From Candidatus Latescibacterota bacterium (GTDB taxonomy: Bacteria > Latescibacterota > UBA2968 > UBA8231), in NCBI GenBank assembly GCA_965197905.1, contig CBDAOB010000005.1, positions 640,001-704,000 of the forward strand: DNA of 64,000 bases, in the 5' to 3' direction. The notes under the pieces are model-generated. The model saw nothing but the letters and a program-made list of their open reading frames with translations, did no database searches and was not told the origin of the DNA. Shown one piece after another: positions 1-8,555 of the stretch. How positions within the stretch are numbered: the stretch's first letter is position 1; every line of letters begins with the position of its first letter. A program made the position numbers and the translations under genes.

Positions 1-993
1 GCCAAAATGTTGTCGCGTTATCGCCAGCTCATCGCCGGGCCGATAGCGATTACCAAACTTGGTCCAAGCCCACATCTCCTCTGGCCGGTTTACCGTCATC
101 AGCACCCCGTGGCACTGACCGCACACTTCTGCGGAACGTTTTGGCGGCAGATGCTGCGGATGAGTCGTCGTGGCATCTCTGCCGCCGAAGAGATGCAGCA
201 TATATCGTCGCCACGGCTTCTGATTTTCCCGCACATGGTCCTCCCCCGGACCGTGACACGACTCGCAGGCGATGCCGAACTCGCCTACCTGTGTGTCCAT
301 TTCGCCGCTCGGGTCAAACCGCGCCCGCGGATGGGTTGCGTGGCATTTGATGCAGGAGGTGTTCCAAACCGCCGGCGACCACTTTCGCTCGGGGGGTACC
401 ACGTAGGAGGCATTGACCGGGACCCAGCGATCTTCGTGAATGAGGTAGAGGACTGGCAACTGAACCACCCTTCGATCATCCCCCACGGCCATCCAGAATA
501 CCTGCATGTGATGGGAGCCGGTGGTCATGACGATCTTGCGTCGGATCGGCTTTTGCCCCGATCCGGCCGGAGGATCAAGAGCAATCCAAAGATCCTCGCC
601 GTCACGCTCTAAGCGCAGCGTTTCGCCGCCAATCTCGACCGTACCAGACCAACGTGGCGCCACGCTCTCGGGGCTCGCCACCTGGGTCATGGTCCGGTGG
701 TAGGATGAGTGCCAGGTGTCGTACTCCTGCGGGTGGCATGATCTGCAAGCGTCGGAGGAGATGTAGCCGGCGTCCGCGACCTGGGTGGGACGATCGGTGG
801 TTGAAAGCGGTAGCACGACTTCGTCAAGCCGACCGGCCACAGCCCACCCGGCACCAGCGGGTAGAACCAAGAGTAGGGCCGGCGCGCCGGCGCGAAGCCA
901 GCGGGAATCGGCTCGCCATGCACGCAAGGCCAGCGGAGCGAATGCCAGCGCAACTAGGGCTGCTGCAGCGATCGTTTCAAGGTTGGTTATCAT
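1..993 (-). CDS. Multiheme c-type cytochrome, membrane-anchored, partial (runs off window start)
   Basis: Manual translation from ATG 993 (overlaps GGT stop, ATGA): MITNLETIAAAALVALAF... with CRSCH, CIKCH, CESCH and CGQCH heme motifs. The frame is open to position 1 and absent from the ORF track. Confidence 0.9.
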   Translation of the reverse strand, partial: MITNLETIAAAALVALAFAPLALRAWRADSRWLRAGAPALLLVLPAGAGWAVAGRLDEVVLPLSTTDRPTQVADAGYISSDACRSCHPQEYDTWHSSYHRTMTQVASPESVAPRWSGTVEIGGETLRLERDGEDLWIALDPPAGSGQKPIRRKIVMTTGSHHMQVFWMAVGDDRRVVQLPVLYLIHEDRWVPVNASYVVPPERKWSPAVWNTSCIKCHATHPRARFDPSGEMDTQVGEFGIACESCHGPGEDHVRENQKPWRRYMLHLFGGRDATTTHPQHLPPKRSAEVCGQCHGVLMTVNRPEEMWAWTKFGNRYRPGDELAITRQHFG

Positions 994-2627
994 GATTCCG
1001 CACCCGCACCCGCACCCGCACCCGCCCAACCGTTCCCCCCAGCGCGAACCGACCTTTCTTCCTTGAGCACCTCGGCGCCATGGGCGTTGCCACAGATCCA
1101 GTCCACCACTTCCACGTCATGGCCCATCTTCCGCAGACCGTTGGCGATATCGCTGTTCATTGTATCGAGGATCTCTATTGGTTCTCCGGTCGTCACGTGC
1201 AATCTGGGGGAGCTGGCCACTTGTAACGAGGTGGCCCCGAAATCGACGAGCTGTTGGGCCATCATGGTGGAGACGCAGATAATCCGGCGCCCACCCGGGA
1301 GACCGATAGCCGCATCGCGGTCCATCGAGCGGACCAGCAGGGGACAGCCGTTATTCAGCGGCCGTTTCCCGGGGGCAACCGAGTTGGCCCGGCCCGGATG
1401 GGGATTGAACCGGCACATTCCATGTCCCAAAATAATTCCGGTTCCGGGTACGGTAAAACAGGAGCCGAATTTCCCGCCCTGGGTCACGGTCATGGAGACC
1501 ACGTTGCCCTCTATGTCGGTCGCCGAGATGTGATGGGTATGGGTATTGGATTTCCCAGACGCCCCTTGGGTGGAGCGGTCGACGTTCTCGGGAAACTGCA
1601 GCAGAGTCTCGACACGGCCACGAGCGCAATCGGCGCTGAGAAGCTGTTCTATGGGGACCTCCATAAAGTTGGGGTCGGCCAGGTAGAGCAGTCGGTCTCG
1701 CCAGGCTAGCTTGGCCACCTCCGCAAGCCGATGCCAATATATCGCCTGGTCCGCATTCACCGGCTCGAAACAGTCCAACATCCGCAACATCTGCAGGGGA
1801 GTAAGCGAACCGTGCGTGAGGACGGGTCCGTAGACTCGAGCATCGCGGTAACGCACGGCGTACGGCTCGCCCACCTCGGCTTCGTAGGACGCCATATCCT
1901 CACGACTCAAGATCCCGCCCGCTGCTCGCACGCTGTCGGCGATGGTGCGTCCCAGGTCTCCGTCATAGAAGTCCCGCCAACCGGCCGTGGCCAGGCGGCC
2001 AAGGGTCTTTTCCATGTCGGGGCGATGCCAGGTCTCATCCGCACCCGGGAGCCGTGCATTCGGCATGAGGTGGCGGACGGTCGGCTCGTACCTGCGAATC
2101 GCCTCTGCGCATTCGGCGGTGTCGTCGGCCAGCTCGCGGCCATAGGGAAATCCATCCTCCAACAGCTGGCGGGAGTGGCCCACAATCCGTTCCCATGGTT
2201 GTTGCCCCCAGCGCTCCCACAGGGTGCCCATCGCTGCCATCTGCCCAGGCACGGCTACCGACAGGGGACCGTAAACGTTGGCGTCGCCGCGGACGCTACA
2301 TCCGTATTCGTCTTCGTTGATGCCTATAGGATTCGAACGGCGGGGAAGGACTTCGAACATCGACTCGTGGGCGGTCGCCGGTGCTTTGCCGCTGGCGTCC
2401 AGTGACCAGGTTTCTCCGGTGGATCCGTCGACCACGACGGCCGACGACATGTAGCCGCCGATCCCGTTCTTGTGGGGAGCCAGCATACAACAGGCGAGGG
2501 CGGCGGCCGTCGTCGCATCCATGGCGTTACCGCCCTGCTCCAGAACTCGCGCCCCGACGCGGGCCGCCTCGTCCGGCGAGGCGGCAACGGCACCTTTTAT
2601 GGAGACGACCTCGTACCCTTCGATCAA
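990..2627 (-). CDS. ggt: Gamma-glutamyltransferase family Ntn-hydrolase
   Basis: GGNAMDA, SVAVPG, FYDGDLG, HTHHISATD (nucleophile Thr region), GKRPL, PRLH motifs. Start moved to TTG 2627 with GAGGG upstream. Confidence 0.9.
   Translation of the reverse strand: MIEGYEVVSIKGAVAASPDEAARVGARVLEQGGNAMDATTAAALACCMLAPHKNGIGGYMSSAVVVDGSTGETWSLDASGKAPATAHESMFEVLPRRSNPIGINEDEYGCSVRGDANVYGPLSVAVPGQMAAMGTLWERWGQQPWERIVGHSRQLLEDGFPYGRELADDTAECAEAIRRYEPTVRHLMPNARLPGADETWHRPDMEKTLGRLATAGWRDFYDGDLGRTIADSVRAAGGILSREDMASYEAEVGEPYAVRYRDARVYGPVLTHGSLTPLQMLRMLDCFEPVNADQAIYWHRLAEVAKLAWRDRLLYLADPNFMEVPIEQLLSADCARGRVETLLQFPENVDRSTQGASGKSNTHTHHISATDIEGNVVSMTVTQGGKFGSCFTVPGTGIILGHGMCRFNPHPGRANSVAPGKRPLNNGCPLLVRSMDRDAAIGLPGGRRIICVSTMMAQQLVDFGATSLQVASSPRLHVTTGEPIEILDTMNSDIANGLRKMGHDVEVVDWICGNAHGAEVLKEERSVRAGGNGWAGAGAGAGAES
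1000..1027 (+). repeat. GCACCC hexamer microsatellite (4 units) encoding the GAGAGAGA C-terminal tail of GGT
   Basis: gcacccgcacccgcacccgcacccgccc seen directly. Confidence 0.85.
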
Positions 2628-2673
2628 CGAACCCTCAAACGACGCTGGCGCGCAGGCGGCGGGAAAAGAACAG

Positions 2674-4140
2674 CTACTCGATCCAGAACGAGAACAGGCG
2701 GGCCTGGCGTAGATAGAGCTTGAGGCGCACGGGCTTCTCAAAGACGAGGTCATGGGGGTGTTTCCATTTGATCTTCGCCCTGGTGCTGTCGCCGGTGAAC
2801 GGTTCCGGGCTCTCTGCGGGCACCCAGAAGCCGTCGTGCGGCTTCCGCGTCTCGCCGTCGACGAGCTCGGCGTAGATCTCACCCCAGCTGGCGTCGGCGT
2901 TGATGTAAACATCCTCTCCCTTAAGCTCAAACGGTTTGGAGAGCATCGTGCCGCATTCGCCGCCGTCGAGCGAGACGAAGCCGTCCGGCCGCAGCTTTGC
3001 CAGCGTCAGCGCGCCGCTGTCTTCGAAATGCTCCGGTTTTACGTTGAGCCGAAACAGCTCCTGGGCGCGGCCAAACTCCTTGAATTTCTCGATTGACCCC
3101 GGCATGCGCAGGGCGTTGTAGTAGCACCAGATCTCGCCGTCTGCCTGCACGATCGGGTGACCCGCCATCAGCAGCTGACTGCAGCCGTAATTCTCGCCGT
3201 CGAACGGTTCCAGGCCGATGAACAGGGCCCGGTCTGCCACCCGTTGCCAATTGTAGAGATCGCGGGACACGGTCATCTCGATCTGGTTGATACGCGTATG
3301 GTTGGTGCCGGGTGGCGGGTTGGCGCCGAACGGATTGAAGATGGTCGGAAACCCGATGTAGAAACCCTGATACGGCAGCACTGCCATGTTGTAACACTCG
3401 GCGATGTAATCCTCGTCGTCGATGACCGGCGGCGTTATGTAGAGCGGGTTCTCGATCACTTCCCGCACCCTCTGGCGCCGGTTCTGGCGGTCGATCTCAT
3501 CGGTGTGAAAGATCAGTTTTGGTTCGCTGAACTCGCGAAAGTCCGTGCTGGTGGATAGCCACACCGACCGTCCCCACTCGGTGCTCAACTTGACCATGGC
3601 GAGGAACTGATTGGACTGGTGATCGTGAGTGAACTGAGACTCGTCCTGACTGGGAATGGGGGAGGTGTCCACCAGGTTCCAGTGAAAGCCATCCGGCGAC
3701 ACGGCCGGGTAGCGATTGCTCGCGCTCAGCATCCCCTTGTAACGTCGTTCCGGATCCGGATCGGTTTCGTCGCGAACAATATGGTAGAGGCGCCCGGGAC
3801 TTTTCTCGTTCGGATCGAATGCCGCCTGGCCGGCTGGATCGTAGGCGATGTTGTTTTCTTTGGACCCTTTCCATTCGAACAGCCCCAGGTTCGGTTGCTC
3901 CCAGTGCTCGCCGTCATCGGAGGTTGCGTAATAGACATTTTCCCCGAAGTACCACCACTCCCACAGATTCTTGTCCGAATTCCATTGCGGACAGGTCCTG
4001 CTCTGAATGCCACCGGTAATTACGGGCCCCCATTTCTTCGGGGAATGGATGGTGCGGGTCGCGCCTTTGATGCTGTCGGCGGCGAAGTCATCGACAAAGA
4101 GCTGCCGGTAGGTCTTGGGATCGATCAGTCCGTTTTTCAC
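2674..4140 (-). CDS. Beta-propeller glycoside-hydrolase-like protein (GH32/43/130-like fold)
   Basis: RQLFVDD, YATSDDGEHW, SPDGFHW, SRDLYNW, LRPDGFVSL and C-terminal LFSFWIE. GTG start at 4140 after AGGAGG. Confidence 0.75.
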   Translation of the reverse strand: MKNGLIDPKTYRQLFVDDFAADSIKGATRTIHSPKKWGPVITGGIQSRTCPQWNSDKNLWEWWYFGENVYYATSDDGEHWEQPNLGLFEWKGSKENNIAYDPAGQAAFDPNEKSPGRLYHIVRDETDPDPERRYKGMLSASNRYPAVSPDGFHWNLVDTSPIPSQDESQFTHDHQSNQFLAMVKLSTEWGRSVWLSTSTDFREFSEPKLIFHTDEIDRQNRRQRVREVIENPLYITPPVIDDEDYIAECYNMAVLPYQGFYIGFPTIFNPFGANPPPGTNHTRINQIEMTVSRDLYNWQRVADRALFIGLEPFDGENYGCSQLLMAGHPIVQADGEIWCYYNALRMPGSIEKFKEFGRAQELFRLNVKPEHFEDSGALTLAKLRPDGFVSLDGGECGTMLSKPFELKGEDVYINADASWGEIYAELVDGETRKPHDGFWVPAESPEPFTGDSTRAKIKWKHPHDLVFEKPVRLKLYLRQARLFSFWIE

Positions 4141-4207
4141 GGTGCTTCCTCCTGAGGTGAGTGCGTAATTCGAGAGGTCGGTAGCCGGTTTTGGGACATC
4201 TACTCCC

Positions 4208-5470
4208 CTACCGTCTCGATGAATTGCGCAGCGACGAATCGGGCATTGACTGGATCTGCGTGAACAGCTCGGGCAATCGGTCGATTCCGACTCGCTGGGA
4301 CGAAGCCGGACTGCGATCGGCGGTGAGAAAGGTCTCGCGGAATCCGGACCCACTGAGCATCGCGACCACAGTGCCTTCATCCAGCCTGCCGCTCTGGCGT
4401 AAGCGGTTTAGGCCCGCGATACATGCGGCACTGGACGGCTCCGCGTAGAGTCCCTCGCTGCGTCCTAGTTCAGCCCCCGCTTGCAGCGCTTCTTCGTCGC
4501 TGACCGAGACGAAGAAACCCCCGGAGTCGCGGACGGCGCTAAGAGCATCTGCCCCGTCAGGGGGGAAGGGGTGGGCAATCTTGACCAGAATGGAAGGGGG
4601 AAGATCCTCATAGGGAAGCGCCAAAAGCTCGTCTTGTGTTTCGAGTCCCCGATTCAGCGCCACTTCCAGCCCGTTGTAGTCGCCGGGCACGACGCCGATC
4701 ATCTGCGGCAATTGGGATATCTTCCCCATCCGTTCCAGGTCGCGGAAACCCCGCCAGATGCCGGCAATGGAACCGCCACCCCCCACCGGCACGAGCATGC
4801 GATCCGGGGCGTGACCGAGCTGCTCGACGATTTCGTAGGCGACAGTTTTGTTGCCCTCGCTCTGATACGGATTGGCTGCCCGGGTCGTGGTGCTCACGTA
4901 GAGCCCCAGATCGTGACAGATCTCGGTTACCCGCACAACAATCAGATCGATTTCCGCCTCCACCTCCACGATATTGCAGCCGAGCGCCTCCATGGGGAAG
5001 ATGCGATCCCGGGGAACCCCGGAGGACATCACCGCTATGCTGGCCATGCCGGCACGGCTGGCCATCGCCGCGTTGGAGATGCCGGCGCTTCCGGTGGAGA
5101 CGACGACTGATGCTCGGGCTCCAATCGCGCGCCCGTGATTGATGGCCACGGCAAGGGAGCGGTCTTTGTGGGAGCCGGTTGGATTGCGCGCCTCGTCCTT
5201 GATGAAAATCTGCAGGTCGCCGTCGCCAGTGACCGGTAGGAGGGGGGTGCCTCCCTCTCCCAGAGTGGTTATTGCCTCGGGTCCTTCGACGGGCAGCAGG
5301 GGCCAGAAGCGCCACATGCTGTTGCCGAACCGCGGGTCCCATGCGATGCTTTCGTAGTTGTAGGAAAACTCCAGGCGGCCGTGGCAGACCGAACACAAGG
5401 AGGCCTGCGGTTCGGTTTCCTGGTGCCGACAATCAGAGCAGCAGACTTCGAATCGGCTCAAGGCGGTCAA
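4208..5470 (-). CDS. thrC: Threonine synthase-like PLP enzyme (fold type II)
   Basis: N-terminal CxxC...CxxC, TLGEGGTPL, RNPTGSHKDR (PLP Lys), VPVGGGG, AEPSSAA. Confidence 0.85.
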   Translation of the reverse strand: MTALSRFEVCCSDCRHQETEPQASLCSVCHGRLEFSYNYESIAWDPRFGNSMWRFWPLLPVEGPEAITTLGEGGTPLLPVTGDGDLQIFIKDEARNPTGSHKDRSLAVAINHGRAIGARASVVVSTGSAGISNAAMASRAGMASIAVMSSGVPRDRIFPMEALGCNIVEVEAEIDLIVVRVTEICHDLGLYVSTTTRAANPYQSEGNKTVAYEIVEQLGHAPDRMLVPVGGGGSIAGIWRGFRDLERMGKISQLPQMIGVVPGDYNGLEVALNRGLETQDELLALPYEDLPPSILVKIAHPFPPDGADALSAVRDSGGFFVSVSDEEALQAGAELGRSEGLYAEPSSAACIAGLNRLRQSGRLDEGTVVAMLSGSGFRETFLTADRSPASSQRVGIDRLPELFTQIQSMPDSSLRNSSRR

Positions 5471-6281
5471 GCAGTCGCTGCTTCCCTCGACCAGACAAGC
5501 GGCACCATCGCCTCGTCGTCCATGACATCGCCGATGCGCAGGCTGCGGGCTCGCTCGACGGAGAGGATATTCTGCAGTCCGTTGAAGGTGGCTCCGTTAG
5601 GCATGTAGGAGCAGGTCATGGCTCGACGCCAATAGGGGGTCATGTTAGGGCCGGCCGCATGGGCTATCGTGCTGTTGTGAACGCCCGCCCGCCCCTCTTG
5701 AGCTCTACAGGTACTGCTTCGACCATCTTGAGCTCAGGATAGATATCGAACAGATCGGGCATGTCGGCTCCGGTGGTGGAGGAGCCGAGGTCGTGTTGGG
5801 TGACCTTGTGGGAGCCCGGAAGATAGTAGAGGCAGCCGTTCTGGATGGTCACTGGATCGAGTGCCACCCAGATGGTGACCGACTGGTAGGAATGAAAGGA
5901 CCACTTGGGGTTGTCCATGTGCCATGACGTGGCGTTGCCCCACGGCGCTTTCTGCAAGGTCTGGTCGTGCCACATCCGAATGCCGTCAATACCGGCAAGC
6001 CGGCAACACATCTCACCCACCTCCGGTGCCAGGAAATATCGACGCACCGTCTCGCTAATCTTCCAGAGATTCAGTCGCTGCAGAAAGATTTTGCTGTACT
6101 GGTCATTGTCCACGAGATCGCGGCCCTCGCCCGCAATCCGTCTATTTCCCAACTCCTCGATGCACTCTTCGATGGCAGACAGAAGCTCTGCGATTTCGTC
6201 CTCACCGAGGAATTCGTCTATTATGGTAAATCCGTCCCGGTCGAACGCTTCGATCTGTTCCTGGGTGATCTGCGTGTTCAT
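5467..6281 (-). pseudogene. PhyH-family Fe(II)/2OG dioxygenase, frameshifted near 5685
   Basis: FDRDGF, WHMDN, TIWVALD, NGCLYYLPGSH. The C-terminus HNSTIAHAAGPNMTPYWRRAM... continues in another frame after a GGGC repeat and ends at TGA 5467, overlapping the thrC start. Confidence 0.8.
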
Positions 6282-6332
6282 GGTGATGCGCTCCCTTCGC
6301 GGATACCGTGATCGCCGGCGCCAATGAGGCAA

Positions 6333-6360
6333 AGTATGAGGAATTTCGATTCCAGGTCAA
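6333..6360 (-). promoter_or_regulatory. Putative sigma70 promoter for the PhyH-thrC run
   Basis: TTGACC-N16-CATACT on the minus strand, ~50 bp upstream of the PhyH ATG. Confidence 0.4.
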
Positions 6361-6384
6361 CCGAAACGCAACCTTAGAGCGGGA

Positions 6385-6682
6385 AATGCTGGAAGCGCTA
6401 GCCCAACACCCGAATTTGACCATCAAGCTGCCCGGATTCGGTGAGATCTGCGAGTTGCCCTATCCCTTTCAGGAAGTGCCCGAGGCGGTCCGTGATTCGC
6501 TGGAGGCATTTGGACCGGAGCGCGTTATGTGGGGCAGCGATTTTCCGCCGGTCAGCACCCGAGAAGGGTATCATCACTCGCTGGATTTTCCGCTGCAGTA
6601 TCTCGCCGATCTCAGCGAACAAGACCGCGAGTGGATATTTGGCGGCGCGGCGCTAAAGGTGTGGGGCTTTCGAGGGGAGTGA
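6385..6682 (+). pseudogene. Amidohydrolase_2 family, C-terminal fragment only
   Basis: LAQHPNLTIKLPG, FGPERVMWGSDFP, IFGGAALKVW. The N-terminal two-thirds are missing. Confidence 0.75.
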
Positions 6683-6688
6683 GCGTGG

Positions 6689-7609
6689 CTAGTCCACCAG
6701 CTTCGGATCCAGTGCGTCCCGCAACGCGTCGCCGACCACGTTGAGCGAATAGATAATCCCAAACATCACGATGATCACTCCCACCAATGGCCACCATATT
6801 CCCTGGCTCAGCTCGCCCGTGGCTTCGGAGATCATGGTGCCCCAGCTGGCGCCGTCCTGAATGCCAACGCCAAGGAAGGTCAGGATCACTTCCGATTTGA
6901 TGGCTCCGAGCACGGTGAGGGAGGCGGTGATAATCGCCAGATGCACCACGTTCGGCAGGATGTGACGGAACATGACCGTCATGTTTCCGGCGCCGATCAG
7001 CTTCACCGCAAGGACGTAATCCCTGTTCTTGTGTTTGAGCACCTCACCCCGAATCAAGCGGCACAGTCCTACCCAGCCGACCGCACCCAGGGCGATACAG
7101 ACTGACAGGATGCCTTTGCCCAGCGCGTAGGAGATAGCAATGATCAGCAGGATGTACGGCACCGATGAGATGACGCTGTAGAGCCAGACGACCACCGCAT
7201 CTACCTTGCCCCCAAGATACCCGGACACGGACCCGAAGAAGATGCCCAGCGGAACCGCTATGCCGGTCACCACCAGTCCGATGGTCATCGCGGTTTTGGT
7301 GCCGATCAGGATCTTGTAAAGAATCGAACGGCCGAAGATGTCGGTTCCGAGGAGCTTGGCAAAACTCAAGCTGGGCTCCTCGTAGGAAGAACCGACCCGC
7401 TCCTGGAAATCGGGCAACAACCCCACGTACCCCAGGAGTGCGATCAACAGATAGAGCAGTACGATGCCGAAACAGCTCACCACGTATGGCTTGCGCGACA
7501 GGCGAAACAGCGCTCGGCGGCCGATGCTCTCCCCCTTTGCCGCTCGCAGTGCTCGCGAGTCGCTTCCGCTGCGCACCTCTGTCTCGCTTTGTTCAGTCTT
7601 CACCATCAC
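6689..7609 (-). CDS. oppC: Peptide/nickel ABC transporter permease (OppC/DppC family)
   Basis: LLGTDIFGRS, EAA-like RDYVLAVKLIGA, RHILPN, GDALRDALDPK. Confidence 0.92.
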   Translation of the reverse strand: MMVKTEQSETEVRSGSDSRALRAAKGESIGRRALFRLSRKPYVVSCFGIVLLYLLIALLGYVGLLPDFQERVGSSYEEPSLSFAKLLGTDIFGRSILYKILIGTKTAMTIGLVVTGIAVPLGIFFGSVSGYLGGKVDAVVVWLYSVISSVPYILLIIAISYALGKGILSVCIALGAVGWVGLCRLIRGEVLKHKNRDYVLAVKLIGAGNMTVMFRHILPNVVHLAIITASLTVLGAIKSEVILTFLGVGIQDGASWGTMISEATGELSQGIWWPLVGVIIVMFGIIYSLNVVGDALRDALDPKLVD

Positions 7610-8538
7610 GACAGCTGGACTCGCGGGTCTACGTAGGCGTAGAGGATGTCGGTAAGCAGGTTGAAGGCTGAGTAGGCGATCGCCATCAAGATTGTCAGGC
7701 TCTTGAGCACCGGGAAATCGCCGGTATTGATGGCGGTGATCAGGATGTCTCCGACTCCTGGAAGGCTGAAGAATCGCTCCATCAGGAACGCTCCGAGAAT
7801 CAAGAAGGGGATGCCGATCACCGAATAAGTGAGGATTGGGATCATGGCGTTCTTGAGGATATGATTCAGCAGCACTGACGGTTCGCTGGCGCCCTTGGCG
7901 AAAGCGGTGCGCACGTAGTCCGCTTTAGTCTCGTCGAGAAAAACCGTGCGGAACATGCGAATGTCCTGGCCGGCGCTAACGAACATAATGATGATCCACG
8001 GCAAGATCAGGTACTGGATACCTGCCCAGCCCTCTGCGAAGCCGTTGATCGGGAAGAGGTCCCACTTGTATGCGAGCAGGTACTGGAAGCCAATGATGTA
8101 AACCAGGTAGGATACAGACATGGCGGCGACGAAAAAGACGGTGGACCAACGATCGAACCAGCTGCCGCGAAAGAAGGCGATGGCCAGGGCTATAAGCAGG
8201 TTGGTGCTCATGCCGAAGAAGTAGGGGAACACGGTGAGGCTGAGGGAGACGGCGACACCGTCCGCAAACATGTCGGTGAGACGCTCTCCGGTGTTGAAGG
8301 AGCGGCCCAGGTCCAGGGTCGCTATCTGGGCAAGAAAATCGAGAAACTGCAGGGCCAGCGGTTTGTCGAGGCCCCACTGGCTGCGCAGCTCGTCGATCGC
8401 CTCCTGGTTGGCGTGCTGGCCCAAGGCGACCCTGACCGGGTCTTCACCCACTGACGAAAACAGCAGGAAAACAAGCAGGGCGACCCCCAGTATTATGGGG
8501 ATCATATACAACACGCGGCGAATTATGTAGGCGGTCAT
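7606..8538 (-). CDS. oppB: Peptide/nickel ABC transporter permease (OppB/DppB family)
   Basis: YIIRR, GLDKPL, DYVRTAFAKG, DILYAYVDPRV. Confidence 0.92.
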   Translation of the reverse strand: MTAYIIRRVLYMIPIILGVALLVFLLFSSVGEDPVRVALGQHANQEAIDELRSQWGLDKPLALQFLDFLAQIATLDLGRSFNTGERLTDMFADGVAVSLSLTVFPYFFGMSTNLLIALAIAFFRGSWFDRWSTVFFVAAMSVSYLVYIIGFQYLLAYKWDLFPINGFAEGWAGIQYLILPWIIIMFVSAGQDIRMFRTVFLDETKADYVRTAFAKGASEPSVLLNHILKNAMIPILTYSVIGIPFLILGAFLMERFFSLPGVGDILITAINTGDFPVLKSLTILMAIAYSAFNLLTDILYAYVDPRVQLS

Positions 8539-8555
8539 GTCGAAGCGTTTCGTTG

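Noticed and set aside
7..612. 201-aa plus-strand ORF
   Set aside because: Shadow of the minus-strand multiheme cytochrome
1000..1027. Phase-variation tract
   Set aside because: In-frame hexamer at the extreme C-terminus; length change would not switch expression
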